From NCBI GenBank assembly GCA_042217695.1, contig JBDGSE010000009.1, positions 1-28,809 of the forward strand: a DNA stretch of 28,809 nt. Direction: 5' to 3'. The stretch comes from Candidatus Nanohaloarchaea archaeon. GTDB lineage: Archaea; Nanohalarchaeota; Nanosalinia; Nanosalinales; Nanosalinaceae. Below the pieces are notes generated by a model. That model was not told the origin of the DNA. It saw only the letters and a program-made list of their open reading frames with translations, and ran no database searches. The position numbers and the translations under genes are program-made. Each line of letters begins with the position of its first letter. Within the stretch, counting starts at the first letter, position 1. Shown piece after piece: positions 17,052 through 25,403 of the stretch.

Positions 17052-18194
17052 ATCAGACCGCTTTTCGTGACCTGGGAATACCCGCCCTATAAGGCAGGGG
17101 GAATCGCGGCGCACTGCGAGGACCTAGCCACGACTATGGCCGACCAGGGTCACGAACCTGTAGTTCTCACCTACGGAGAGGAAGAGGAGTCCGAGTACCG
17201 CGACGGCGTCGAAATACATAGAGTGCCTGCGACAGAGGCGGCGAACGACACTGTTTCCTGGGCGATGCACCTGGGACACGAGATGGAGAAGAAGGCTATC
17301 GAACTGTACAAGAAAGAGGAGTTCGACCTGGTACACGCCCACGACTGGATGGCGGTTCCAGGCGCCACAGGAATCCAGAACACGCTGGACCTCCCGATGG
17401 TTTTCACGGTCCACTCCACGCAGAAAGGCAGGGACGGGATCGACGGCGAATACCAGAGGACCATCCACAACCTTGAGTGGTACGGAACATACGAGGCAGA
17501 TCAGGTGATCACCGTTGGACGGGAATTCTCGGAGGAGGTAAAACACACATTCAATGTCCCGGAGGAAAAAGTGAACTACATACCCAACGGCGTCAACCTG
17601 GAGAAGTTCGACAACCACAGCAACGACCTGAGAAGAGACAACTACGCGCTGGACTGGGAGCAGATAATACTGTTTGTCGGGAGGATGTACCCGCAGAAAG
17701 GGCCGGGGCACCTTATCGAAGCGATGCCAAGCATACTTGACGATGCGCCCGATGCCAAGTTCGTGATGGTGGGCAGCGGCGCCACCGAGTATTACAAGAA
17801 CATCGCCAAGAAGAAGGTGGGTGAAAAAGTTCACTTCCCGGGTTACGTACCCGATGAGGAACTTGTCTCGCTGCTGAAGACCGCAGATCTGACGGTCGCG
17901 CCTTCCGTCTACGAACCGTTCGGCATCGTCCCTCTCGAGGCCGCGGCATGTGAAACCGCGACAGTCGGCTCCTACGTCGGCGGGATGAAGGACACAATCG
18001 TCCACGAGTACACCGGTCTGCACACGTATCCTGCGGATTCCGGTTCCATCGCGTACCAGGTCAACCGGGCGCTGAACGACCCGGGCTGGGCTGACTGGCT
18101 GGGAGACAACGCCCGCGACCGCGTCGAGGACAACTTCCGCTGGGAGCAGATAAGCGCGTGGACCACCGGTATATACGGAAAGGCGATGGAGTGA
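17052..18194 (+). CDS. Glycosyltransferase family 4; probable non-canonical ATC start at 17052 (GTG 17067 is the alternative)
   Basis: RPLFVTWEYPPYKAGG, HAHDW, IPNGV, LFVGR, QKG, PSVYEPFGIVPLEA; SD-like GGAGTGA at 17039-17045. Confidence 0.93.
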   Translation: MRPLFVTWEYPPYKAGGIAAHCEDLATTMADQGHEPVVLTYGEEEESEYRDGVEIHRVPATEAANDTVSWAMHLGHEMEKKAIELYKKEEFDLVHAHDWMAVPGATGIQNTLDLPMVFTVHSTQKGRDGIDGEYQRTIHNLEWYGTYEADQVITVGREFSEEVKHTFNVPEEKVNYIPNGVNLEKFDNHSNDLRRDNYALDWEQIILFVGRMYPQKGPGHLIEAMPSILDDAPDAKFVMVGSGATEYYKNIAKKKVGEKVHFPGYVPDEELVSLLKTADLTVAPSVYEPFGIVPLEAAACETATVGSYVGGMKDTIVHEYTGLHTYPADSGSIAYQVNRALNDPGWADWLGDNARDRVEDNFRWEQISAWTTGIYGKAME

Positions 18195-18225
18195 TATAGA
18201 AAAAGCTTTACACTCTAAACAGCTT

Positions 18226-18570
18226 ATGATAGAAATTCTTCTTGTAGATGACGATGAAGCATATCTCGACCTCGCCGAGAGTTTCCTGGGTGAGGAAGAT
18301 AACATATCCCTGGATACTACTGCCGACCCGGGAGGGATCGTTGACTCGGCCGGAGACTACGATGGATTAGTACTGGACCAGAGGATGGGCCGGGTAAAAG
18401 GCGCCGATATCGCCTCGCAGGTGCTGGAAATGTACGAGGACGTGGATGTCGTGGTCTACAGCGGTCTAGGGAGAGAGGATATCGACCTCCCGGACGATGC
18501 AGGGTTCCTTAAGAAAAGCGGTGGCATGGGACTGTACGACAGTATATCCGAATACTTTACTGGGGGCTGA
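18226..18570 (+). CDS. Stand-alone response regulator receiver domain
   Basis: ILLVDDD, LVLDQRM (phosphoacceptor Asp), VVVYSG, FLKK; no output domain. Confidence 0.85.
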   Translation: MIEILLVDDDEAYLDLAESFLGEEDNISLDTTADPGGIVDSAGDYDGLVLDQRMGRVKGADIASQVLEMYEDVDVVVYSGLGREDIDLPDDAGFLKKSGGMGLYDSISEYFTGG

Positions 18571-19258
18571 GCCAGTCGAACATCAGCGACAGCATCCTTT
18601 CCTTGCCTTTCTCCGTGAAGGAGTGTTCCTCGCCCTCAAGCCTGTGGAACAGGGTCTCTCCCTCAAGATTTTTCACCGTCTTCAGAGAATGCTCCGGGTG
18701 TACGGTGGTGTCGGCGCCGCCGTGGAAGATCGCCACCGGTGCATCGATTTCTCCCACCACGGCCTCGAAAGGCTGTGAGTCAAGGTCGTCGAAGAAACGC
18801 TGGTCGATGGGTTTCCCGTCGATGTATTCGAACTCGCCCTTCTCTTCGACCGCGGCCCGGAACTTGTCCATTATCCTGTTGTAGGTCACCGGCGCTTTCC
18901 CTATAACGGCTTCCGGTTCCAGTTCAGGTGCGGCATGTAGGGCCACTTTGCCGCCGAAACTGGTGCCGAACAGAACGTATCGTTCCGGGTCGAAATGTTT
19001 TATAACCGCTTTCAGGTCCTTTATCCGGGAGGACAGGTCCTGGTCGATGAACTCTCCCGAGGACTCACCGTTGCCCCGGAAATCCAGTATCACAGGGTTA
19101 AAACCGTTTTCTACAGCGGGTTCGATGTACTCCGACTGGCGGTCCTTGTTGCCGCCGAAGCCGTGGCAGACGAAGAGCCACCTGTCGCTCCCTGCGTCTT
19201 CATGCAGAACAGCTACTTTTTCCCCGTTCTCGACCTCGATAAAACTTTTCTCTGTCAT
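18557..19258 (-). CDS. Alpha/beta hydrolase (esterase/peptidase-like)
   Basis: CHGFGG, DFRGNGES, GTSFGG nucleophile elbow, HGGADTTV, GEEHSF (Ser-Asp-His triad); ATGA overlap with the GH13 stop. Confidence 0.92.
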   Translation of the reverse strand: MTEKSFIEVENGEKVAVLHEDAGSDRWLFVCHGFGGNKDRQSEYIEPAVENGFNPVILDFRGNGESSGEFIDQDLSSRIKDLKAVIKHFDPERYVLFGTSFGGKVALHAAPELEPEAVIGKAPVTYNRIMDKFRAAVEEKGEFEYIDGKPIDQRFFDDLDSQPFEAVVGEIDAPVAIFHGGADTTVHPEHSLKTVKNLEGETLFHRLEGEEHSFTEKGKERMLSLMFDWLSPQ

Positions 19259-20445
19259 GCTCCAGTTTGCGAACCCTTTTCTTTTATCAGCTTCCGGAAG
19301 AACTCCACGAGTTCTTCGTCCATGTCGTCCCAGGGCATCGGTTTCCGGGCTTGCAGGTCTCCGTGGGCATCGAACTCTTCTATGCCGTGGCTCTGACTTA
19401 GACCTGACTCTGTCCCATAATAGATGACAGCTGGCTGGTCCTGTTCGAACTGTAGGCGGGCCGCATCCTTCAGTTTCTCCCTGCGGTTACCTGTCTGATA
19501 GAGGAAGCGGTTCATGTCGTGATTATCGAGGAAAGTAGGCAGATTGTAATCCTCTGGAAACCTCAAGTAATGTAGTTTAAGCCGGGTTTCAAGGAGCTTT
19601 CGGGGCTTCCATATCGAATCTTTGGCGATGTGCTGCCTCACCAGCTCCTGGAATCGAAAATCCAGTACCCCATCCAGCACGTCTGTGTACTCCTTCAGGA
19701 TATGGGGAGAGGCAGATCCCAGCAGCCACTTAAGCCGTTTCCCGGAGACTCTAAGTGTTTCCAGTTCGCTGTACGTTATACCTTTCATCCAAGCCTCGCC
19801 TATAAGGATCGAGTCGGGATGTTCCTCTTTCATCTCATTGGAGAACTCTCTCCAGAACTCGTGTTCTATACCGATGACATGGTCGAGTCTGTAGCCATCA
19901 AGACCGAGTTCCAGCCATTTCTTCGCCGCACCTTTTATGTGCTCTCTGACAGGTTCGTGGTTCATGTTCAGCTTTGGTAGTTCATCGAAACTCAGGAAGG
20001 TGAGATAGTCATCCTCCGGGGGAGAAGCGCCGTTTTCCTCGAAGTAGAACCAGTCTCTGTATTTTGATGCCCTGCTTTTCAGGGCTTCCTGAAAGTAGGG
20101 GTGTTCGCGGGAGCAGTGGTTGGGTACGAAGTCGGCGATTACCCTTATATCCCTGTTCTTGGCCTCATCGATAAGTTTCTCCAGTTCTTCCTCAGTTCCA
20201 AAACGAGAATCCACGCTGTAGTAATCGGTTACGTGGTATCCATGGTAGGCCGAAGTCTCGTAGAAGGGGGAAAGCCAGATAACGTCTATACCTAGGTTAT
20301 CCAGGTAGTCAAGTTTTTCCCTCACCCCCTTTATGTCTCCGCCTATGAACTCGGGATTGTGCCAGCCCTCCGTTGACTCGAACCCTGCGAACCTGTCGAT
20401 GAACACCTGATAGATAACCGAGTTGTCGAACCATTCCGTCCCCAT
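19255..20445 (-). CDS. GH13 alpha-amylase family protein (neopullulanase/cyclomaltodextrinase-like catalytic core)
   Basis: YQVFIDRF, GGDIKG, YHGYH, DFVPNH, GYRLD, GEAW, FLDNHD, IYYGTE. Confidence 0.93.
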   Translation of the reverse strand: MGTEWFDNSVIYQVFIDRFAGFESTEGWHNPEFIGGDIKGVREKLDYLDNLGIDVIWLSPFYETSAYHGYHVTDYYSVDSRFGTEEELEKLIDEAKNRDIRVIADFVPNHCSREHPYFQEALKSRASKYRDWFYFEENGASPPEDDYLTFLSFDELPKLNMNHEPVREHIKGAAKKWLELGLDGYRLDHVIGIEHEFWREFSNEMKEEHPDSILIGEAWMKGITYSELETLRVSGKRLKWLLGSASPHILKEYTDVLDGVLDFRFQELVRQHIAKDSIWKPRKLLETRLKLHYLRFPEDYNLPTFLDNHDMNRFLYQTGNRREKLKDAARLQFEQDQPAVIYYGTESGLSQSHGIEEFDAHGDLQARKPMPWDDMDEELVEFFRKLIKEKGSQTGA

Positions 20446-20526
20446 AAGGAGGTTTTCGTACGTCTGTTTAGAAAACTACTGCCTCAGACCGAAGGAATAA
20501 GAGAGTGGTGTTTGTGATTAAAGAAC

Positions 20527-20889
20527 ATGAGAGAAGTAGAGAGTCGCGGCGAGTGGCTTGAATGGGCCTCTGAAAGACTTGGGGAGCTAGAGTATTACGA
20601 CCGTGAGCTCCCGAGGATGGATGTGCTCGAAGAAGAGGGGTTCCTCGCGTTCGCTTCCGGACTAGATATCAGTTCGACCCAGGAAATCCGGAAAATCTTG
20701 AAGGGTGAGGCGAGATGGGAGAACCGGGAGGAAAACGAAGCCGAGGCAGTCTTCATAGTTTACGACTTACCTATAGACTATAGTCAGGCCATGGATGAAT
20801 ACATCGAGGAAAGAGGTCGAAAGCCGGTTGTTTCAGTCCCCGCGCAAATAGTGGATGAGGAACTTGTCTCGCAGTACCGCGGTCTTTAA
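20527..20889 (+). CDS. Hypothetical acidic protein (120 aa)
   Basis: Fills the gap between two minus-strand genes; acidic composition; 4-bp convergent overlap with GH57. Confidence 0.75.
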   Translation: MREVESRGEWLEWASERLGELEYYDRELPRMDVLEEEGFLAFASGLDISSTQEIRKILKGEARWENREENEAEAVFIVYDLPIDYSQAMDEYIEERGRKPVVSVPAQIVDEELVSQYRGL

Positions 20890-22100
20890 CTCCTCAACCT
20901 TTTCTCCACCTGCTGCTGGAAGTCCATTAAATGTTCGGTTATGATGGCGAAGCCTTCGTGAGGGTGGTCGAAGTACGAGAAGTAGTTGTGGACGCTGCCG
21001 TCGTCGTAGGTCTTGGTGGCGATGTGGTGCAGGTGGTCTGAGGTCAGCATCTTCCGCCAGACATCAAGCACTTCCTCGTCGTCGAGCCGCTTCACTTTCT
21101 CTTCCAGTTCCTGTAGCTTCTCGAAAAGCATCCGCTGCATCGGGTTGCCGAGCCAGGCCGAGGCGTCCATCTCCTGGTCCGCCCACGAAACCGTGTTGTA
21201 CTCGAACGCGTCGAACTCGCCGACCGCGGGCAGATCCGCTACGTCTCGCACCCGTTCGAACCGGAGGTGTTCTCTCTCCGCGACCTGGTAGGGCAGGTCT
21301 TCGAGGAACCACAGTATGCCGGTGCCCTCCCAGTGGTGTTCTCCGAAGGTCTCGTAGTCCATGAAAAGGTTGATGACGTCGCCCTGCGCGGCTTCCAGCC
21401 AGGAGGCGTACTTGTCCGCTGTCAGCGGGTACTCGTCCCACCACTCCGCGGAGAACCTGTAACCCACGTCGTCGGTTAACTCCCGGTTTCTCAGAAATAT
21501 TTTTGTCCTCTCATCCGAGACGAAGTCGGGCTGGGTGTAGAGATGGTTCGGGGAACGCCATCCAAGTATCCTGGGCGCTCCCTCTGTGAATACTCCTTTG
21601 TAGCCTTCTTCCGCGGCCACTCTGCCGATATCGTTGTGGTATATCAGCTCGGTGTTCGTCATCACCTGCGGCTTCTTCCCGAAAGTATCTTTTATTATCT
21701 CGCGGTGCGTGTTCAGCTGCTTCCGGAACTCGGTCTTGTCGTAGAACAGTCCCGAAAGAGAATGGTAGTTGGTCTGTCCTATGAAGTCGATAGTCGAGTC
21801 CGGGAACCGGTTAAGCATGTCTATAAGCTCGGGGTGATACTGTTTCGCCTGTTCAATCCAGCTGCTCGAGATGGAAAAATTCAGCTTCAGAGGGTTGTCT
21901 GTCCCCTGTAGATCTTTTGCGGTCCTGAGAAGGCGTTCGGTCGCCGGGAAGTAACAGTTCTCGGCGACATCCCTGAAAAAATGCTCGTTCATCTCGTCGT
22001 CGAAGTACCGGTCGTAAAGCGTTTCCGCGTCCTCGTGGACGCCGTCGGTCCTGAGGCGGTGGGGCTGGTGGACTTCGAATGAAAGGGTTACCGGTGCCAT
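20886..22100 (-). CDS. GH57 alpha-amylase-type glycoside hydrolase
   Basis: FEVHQP (CSR1), CYFPA, NTELIY (nucleophile Glu), LTDDVGYRF (acid/base Asp), FMDYETFGEH, SWAD, LTSDH. Start moved to ATG 22100. Confidence 0.93.
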   Translation of the reverse strand: MAPVTLSFEVHQPHRLRTDGVHEDAETLYDRYFDDEMNEHFFRDVAENCYFPATERLLRTAKDLQGTDNPLKLNFSISSSWIEQAKQYHPELIDMLNRFPDSTIDFIGQTNYHSLSGLFYDKTEFRKQLNTHREIIKDTFGKKPQVMTNTELIYHNDIGRVAAEEGYKGVFTEGAPRILGWRSPNHLYTQPDFVSDERTKIFLRNRELTDDVGYRFSAEWWDEYPLTADKYASWLEAAQGDVINLFMDYETFGEHHWEGTGILWFLEDLPYQVAEREHLRFERVRDVADLPAVGEFDAFEYNTVSWADQEMDASAWLGNPMQRMLFEKLQELEEKVKRLDDEEVLDVWRKMLTSDHLHHIATKTYDDGSVHNYFSYFDHPHEGFAIITEHLMDFQQQVEKRLRS

Positions 22101-22169
22101 AACAGGCTTTACTCGCAGCGGTTTAAATCGCCCACGGTCGTTAAAAATCAGACCCACAAATACTCTGAT

Positions 22170-22400
22170 ATGGAAGTTGAAACCCGGGAGCGTGAAGACG
22201 GCGTAGAGATACTGGTGCGTACAGAAAACAGGGTTGCGCTGGTCGTGGACACCGGGGACGGAGAGCGGATATACCTGCCTGAGCCCGGTTCCAGTGACAA
22301 CACCTACTACGCGGAAAGCACCTCCTCGCTGGTCAAACACAGTGAGGGTTACAGGGTGCTACACCGGGGCCGTATAGAGGATTTAACTGTTCTTAACTGA
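22170..22400 (+). CDS. Small hypothetical beta-rich protein (76 aa)
   Basis: ATG 22 nt after GTTAAAAA (22140-22147); divergent from GH57; acidic; GERIYLP and NTYY segments. Confidence 0.78.
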   Translation: MEVETREREDGVEILVRTENRVALVVDTGDGERIYLPEPGSSDNTYYAESTSSLVKHSEGYRVLHRGRIEDLTVLN

Positions 22401-23433
22401 GGCTCCTGTAGATCTCCATCGTCTCCCTGGCCACGGCCTCCCAGCTCCTTGACTCGAACTCCGGGATCTCGACCTCCATCGCCTTTTCCAGCCCGGTCTT
22501 TATCGAGTCGGAGTCGGGCCGCACCTTCACGAAGCTGTCCTGCGGCAGCACCTCCTCCGCACCGTTTTCGGTCGCGACCACGGGTGTTCCGGATTCAAGC
22601 GCCTCGGTCAGCGTCAGCCCGAAAGGTTCGTCTATAGACGGCGATACAAACACGTCCGCTGCCGAGTAGTAGTCTCCCAGCTCCTCGTCGGGTATGAACC
22701 CCGGGAACTTAACCCGGTCCCCGATACCGAGTATCTCCACGAAATCCTCCAGCGCAGGGGTCATGTGGCCCTCACCGCCGATAACCAGCGTGGCGTCCCC
22801 CGCGTTCAAAAACTTGCTGAACCCGTAGAGGAGATGTTCGATCCCCTTCTGTTCTGCGTGCCGGCCAACGAAGAAAACCATCTTCCCGTCTATACCGAGC
22901 TCCTCCTTCACGTTTTTCCCGGTGGAGCTGGGCTGCGAGAAACCGTTGTGTATCACCCGGGGTTCCCGGCCGTACTCGTTGAAAACTGCGTCTCCAAGTT
23001 TCCTGCTGACTGCTATAAGTTCGTCGGAACGCTCCACCGCCGCCCGCTCCATCTGTTCTATCTCTCTGTTCGTGGAGCGGGAACGACTGGAGCTCAGAGA
23101 GTGGAGGGTGGAGACCCATCGAACACCGGAATATTTCATCGCCTTCAGGCCGGATTCCGCGCCGAACCAGTCATGCGTGTGTATTATGTCGTAGTCCTCC
23201 GCCATCGTAACTACCTCGCGGCTCATATCCCTTGCGCAGGGTATCATGCCGTCGGCATCGGTCTCTATGCCCACGACATCGGGGATGTTGGGGGCACGGT
23301 CCTCGGGCAGGGCCAGCGTTACCTCGACATCGAGTTCACGCAGTTCCTGGAACAGGTGCGCGACGTGTATGTCGAGGCCACCGTCTATATTCGGGGGGAA
23401 ACCCCAGCCCAGCATCAGTATTTTCTTCTCCAC
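22393..23433 (-). CDS. Glycosyltransferase family 4
   Basis: KILMLGWGFPPNIDGGL, HTHDW, IHNG, FVGR, QKG, PSIDEPFGLTLTEA; GTG start. Confidence 0.93.
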   Translation of the reverse strand: MEKKILMLGWGFPPNIDGGLDIHVAHLFQELRELDVEVTLALPEDRAPNIPDVVGIETDADGMIPCARDMSREVVTMAEDYDIIHTHDWFGAESGLKAMKYSGVRWVSTLHSLSSSRSRSTNREIEQMERAAVERSDELIAVSRKLGDAVFNEYGREPRVIHNGFSQPSSTGKNVKEELGIDGKMVFFVGRHAEQKGIEHLLYGFSKFLNAGDATLVIGGEGHMTPALEDFVEILGIGDRVKFPGFIPDEELGDYYSAADVFVSPSIDEPFGLTLTEALESGTPVVATENGAEEVLPQDSFVKVRPDSDSIKTGLEKAMEVEIPEFESRSWEAVARETMEIYRSLS

Positions 23434-23471
23434 AGTGTCGGTTTGTCCGGTCAGGATTAAATGTCCTTTTC

Positions 23472-23514
23472 AAGAAGGAGGGGAAAAGAGAGAAGAGAAA
23501 GGATGTGGAGGGGT
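23472..23514 (-). terminator. Pyrimidine-rich tract after gap (putative terminator)
   Basis: Minus strand reads CCCCTCCACATCCTTTCTCTTCTCTCTTTTCCCCTCCTTCTT directly after the gap stop. Confidence 0.55.
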
Positions 23515-24537
23515 CTACTCGATACCCATCGCGTCGTTGGTCTTCTCTATAGAGGTCTCCTTCGAATCCATATCGAACATGGAGCGGATGGCGTCGATGT
23601 TGTCAGGCACCACGATGGATTCCTGGTGCACCATGTGGATCCAGTAGAGGGTTCCCGAGTCGACGGTAACGGTTTCCTCCCAGACCGCGACCTCCTGCAT
23701 GTCGCTGCGTTTCCTGCCAAGGTCTCTCATCTTCTCGTGGATCTTCGCGGTGGAGTCGTAACCTTCGCCCGCGGAGACAAGTTCCACCCGGGGCTGTTCT
23801 TCGAACGCTTCAAGAACTTCCTGTTCCGAGACAGGTTCCTCCAGTTCGACGTTCACCATGTGGACGTGTCCGTAGGTCACGGGGACCTTGACCGCGAGAG
23901 TCTTGATGTCGAGCTCCGGCATAACAGCCTGGACGTCCGGTCCGTGGTGCGACGGCACTTCTGTCACTGGGATGGTGGAGTTTATCGGTCCGCGGGAGTC
24001 CTGCGGTATGTCGCCGCCTCTCCTCACCAGGTTGGCTACCGCGTTGTCGACACCGAAGTTCTCGTCGACCGCGCTCATCGTTCTTGAAAGGGACGTTGTG
24101 TTGCAGGAGACAACTTTCACGAAGTCCTCTCCAGCGGCTTCCTCGTAGTTCGCGTCAGCGTTGAACTTCACCTCGGCGATGTCGTCCGCTGCCCCGCCCT
24201 GGAAGATCGCCTTCACGTTCCCGGCGTAGAGGTTCTCCTTGTTCATCTCGTCGACTCCAGAGGGAGTGGCGTCCACCACGACATCGATCTCATCGAGAAC
24301 GTCCTCAAGCAGGCCTTCGACGTGCATCTCCTGTTCTCTTAACTTCTCCAGTCCGTCCTCGTTGGAGGCGTAGAGGTCGGTGCCGTGCAGTTCTCCGTTC
24401 TCTCCCAGCGCGGTTTTCAGACCTGGGCCGGCGGAGACATCGGAAAGACCGAATAGCTCCATGTCGTCCTGTTTTTTGACCGCTTCCGCAACTCTCTTGC
24501 CGATGGTACCGATACCGTTTACAGCTACTTTTATCAT
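23515..24537 (-). CDS. gap: Glyceraldehyde-3-phosphate dehydrogenase, archaeal class II (phosphorylating)
   Basis: NGIGTIGKRVA, DATP, FQGG, VVSCNTT (catalytic Cys), SHHGPDV, VHQESIVVPDNIDAIR. Confidence 0.97.
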   Translation of the reverse strand: MIKVAVNGIGTIGKRVAEAVKKQDDMELFGLSDVSAGPGLKTALGENGELHGTDLYASNEDGLEKLREQEMHVEGLLEDVLDEIDVVVDATPSGVDEMNKENLYAGNVKAIFQGGAADDIAEVKFNADANYEEAAGEDFVKVVSCNTTSLSRTMSAVDENFGVDNAVANLVRRGGDIPQDSRGPINSTIPVTEVPSHHGPDVQAVMPELDIKTLAVKVPVTYGHVHMVNVELEEPVSEQEVLEAFEEQPRVELVSAGEGYDSTAKIHEKMRDLGRKRSDMQEVAVWEETVTVDSGTLYWIHMVHQESIVVPDNIDAIRSMFDMDSKETSIEKTNDAMGIE

Positions 24538-24620
24538 GTTACCACATAATATGGTTCTCTCGGTGGAATAAAAGCTTTCCCGCAGTCAATTATTTAGGCC
24601 GGGAGTACACGTTTAAACCT

Positions 24621-25403
24621 GTGAAAGAACTGCTCGCAGAACTGGACAGGGGAGAGAACTCGCACAAGGGTGAGAACGGCAAAGTGGCGGTTATAGGGGG
24701 AAGCGTCGATTTCACAGGTGCGCCGGCTTTGGCCGCTGAAGCCGCGCTGAGAACAGGTTCGGATCTGACCCGGGTTTTGACCTCGGAGAAGGTCCGGGAC
24801 GTAATCGCTGGCTACTCGGAGAACTTGATAGTCGGCTCCTACACGGGCGATTACTTCGGCCACGGTGCAGTAAAAGCTGCTGTTGAACTTTCTGAATGGA
24901 GCGATACTACGGTTGTAGGACCGGGTCTTTCAGAACCTGATACTGAGGCGTTGAAACAGTTCTTTTCCAGGAGGGATTCCTCCCTGGTGGTGGATGCCGA
25001 TGCGATAGAGCCGGCTGTAGAGGCAGGTGTCTCGGATGCCGTTCTGACACCTCACCAGGGCGAGGCTGAAATAATAGAGGAACGCCGCGGTTCCGTCGAG
25101 GAGTTCGTGGAGGAAACAGGTTCCGTGGTGGTAGTGAAAGGTTCTACGGACAGGATCTACACTTCTGAAAGGGTTTATGAGAACGGTACAGGTTGTGCGG
25201 GCATGACTGTGGGCGGCACGGGTGACGTTCTCGCGGGAATCATAGCGTCGCTTGTATCCCGGGGAATGGGTCTCGAAGATGCCGCGAGAGCTGGAGCCTG
25301 GGTAAACGGGAAGGCCGGTGAACGTGCCTGCGAAAAGTACGGCAACGGCATGGTCGCCACCGATCTTCTGGGAGAGGTCGCAGGGACTGTCTCAAAGCAC
25401 TAG
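24621..25403 (+). CDS. nnrD: NAD(P)H-hydrate dehydratase (stand-alone YjeF C-terminal domain)
   Basis: SHKGENG, IGGS, GAPALA, VGPGL, VVDADA, LTPHQGE, VVKG, GGTGDVLAG; GTG start. Confidence 0.93.
   Translation: MKELLAELDRGENSHKGENGKVAVIGGSVDFTGAPALAAEAALRTGSDLTRVLTSEKVRDVIAGYSENLIVGSYTGDYFGHGAVKAAVELSEWSDTTVVGPGLSEPDTEALKQFFSRRDSSLVVDADAIEPAVEAGVSDAVLTPHQGEAEIIEERRGSVEEFVEETGSVVVVKGSTDRIYTSERVYENGTGCAGMTVGGTGDVLAGIIASLVSRGMGLEDAARAGAWVNGKAGERACEKYGNGMVATDLLGEVAGTVSKH

Noticed and set aside
17124..18305. 393-aa minus-strand ORF
   Set aside because: Antisense shadow of the GT4 gene; no motifs and atypical composition.
22101..22340. 80-aa N-terminal extension of GH57 in the ORF track
   Set aside because: It overlaps the real 22170-22400 gene and promoter region; the GH57 HQP motif is expected near the N-terminus, supporting ATG 22100.
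23461..24087. 208-aa plus-strand ORF
   Set aside because: Antisense to gap and begins in the purine-rich complement of the terminator tract.
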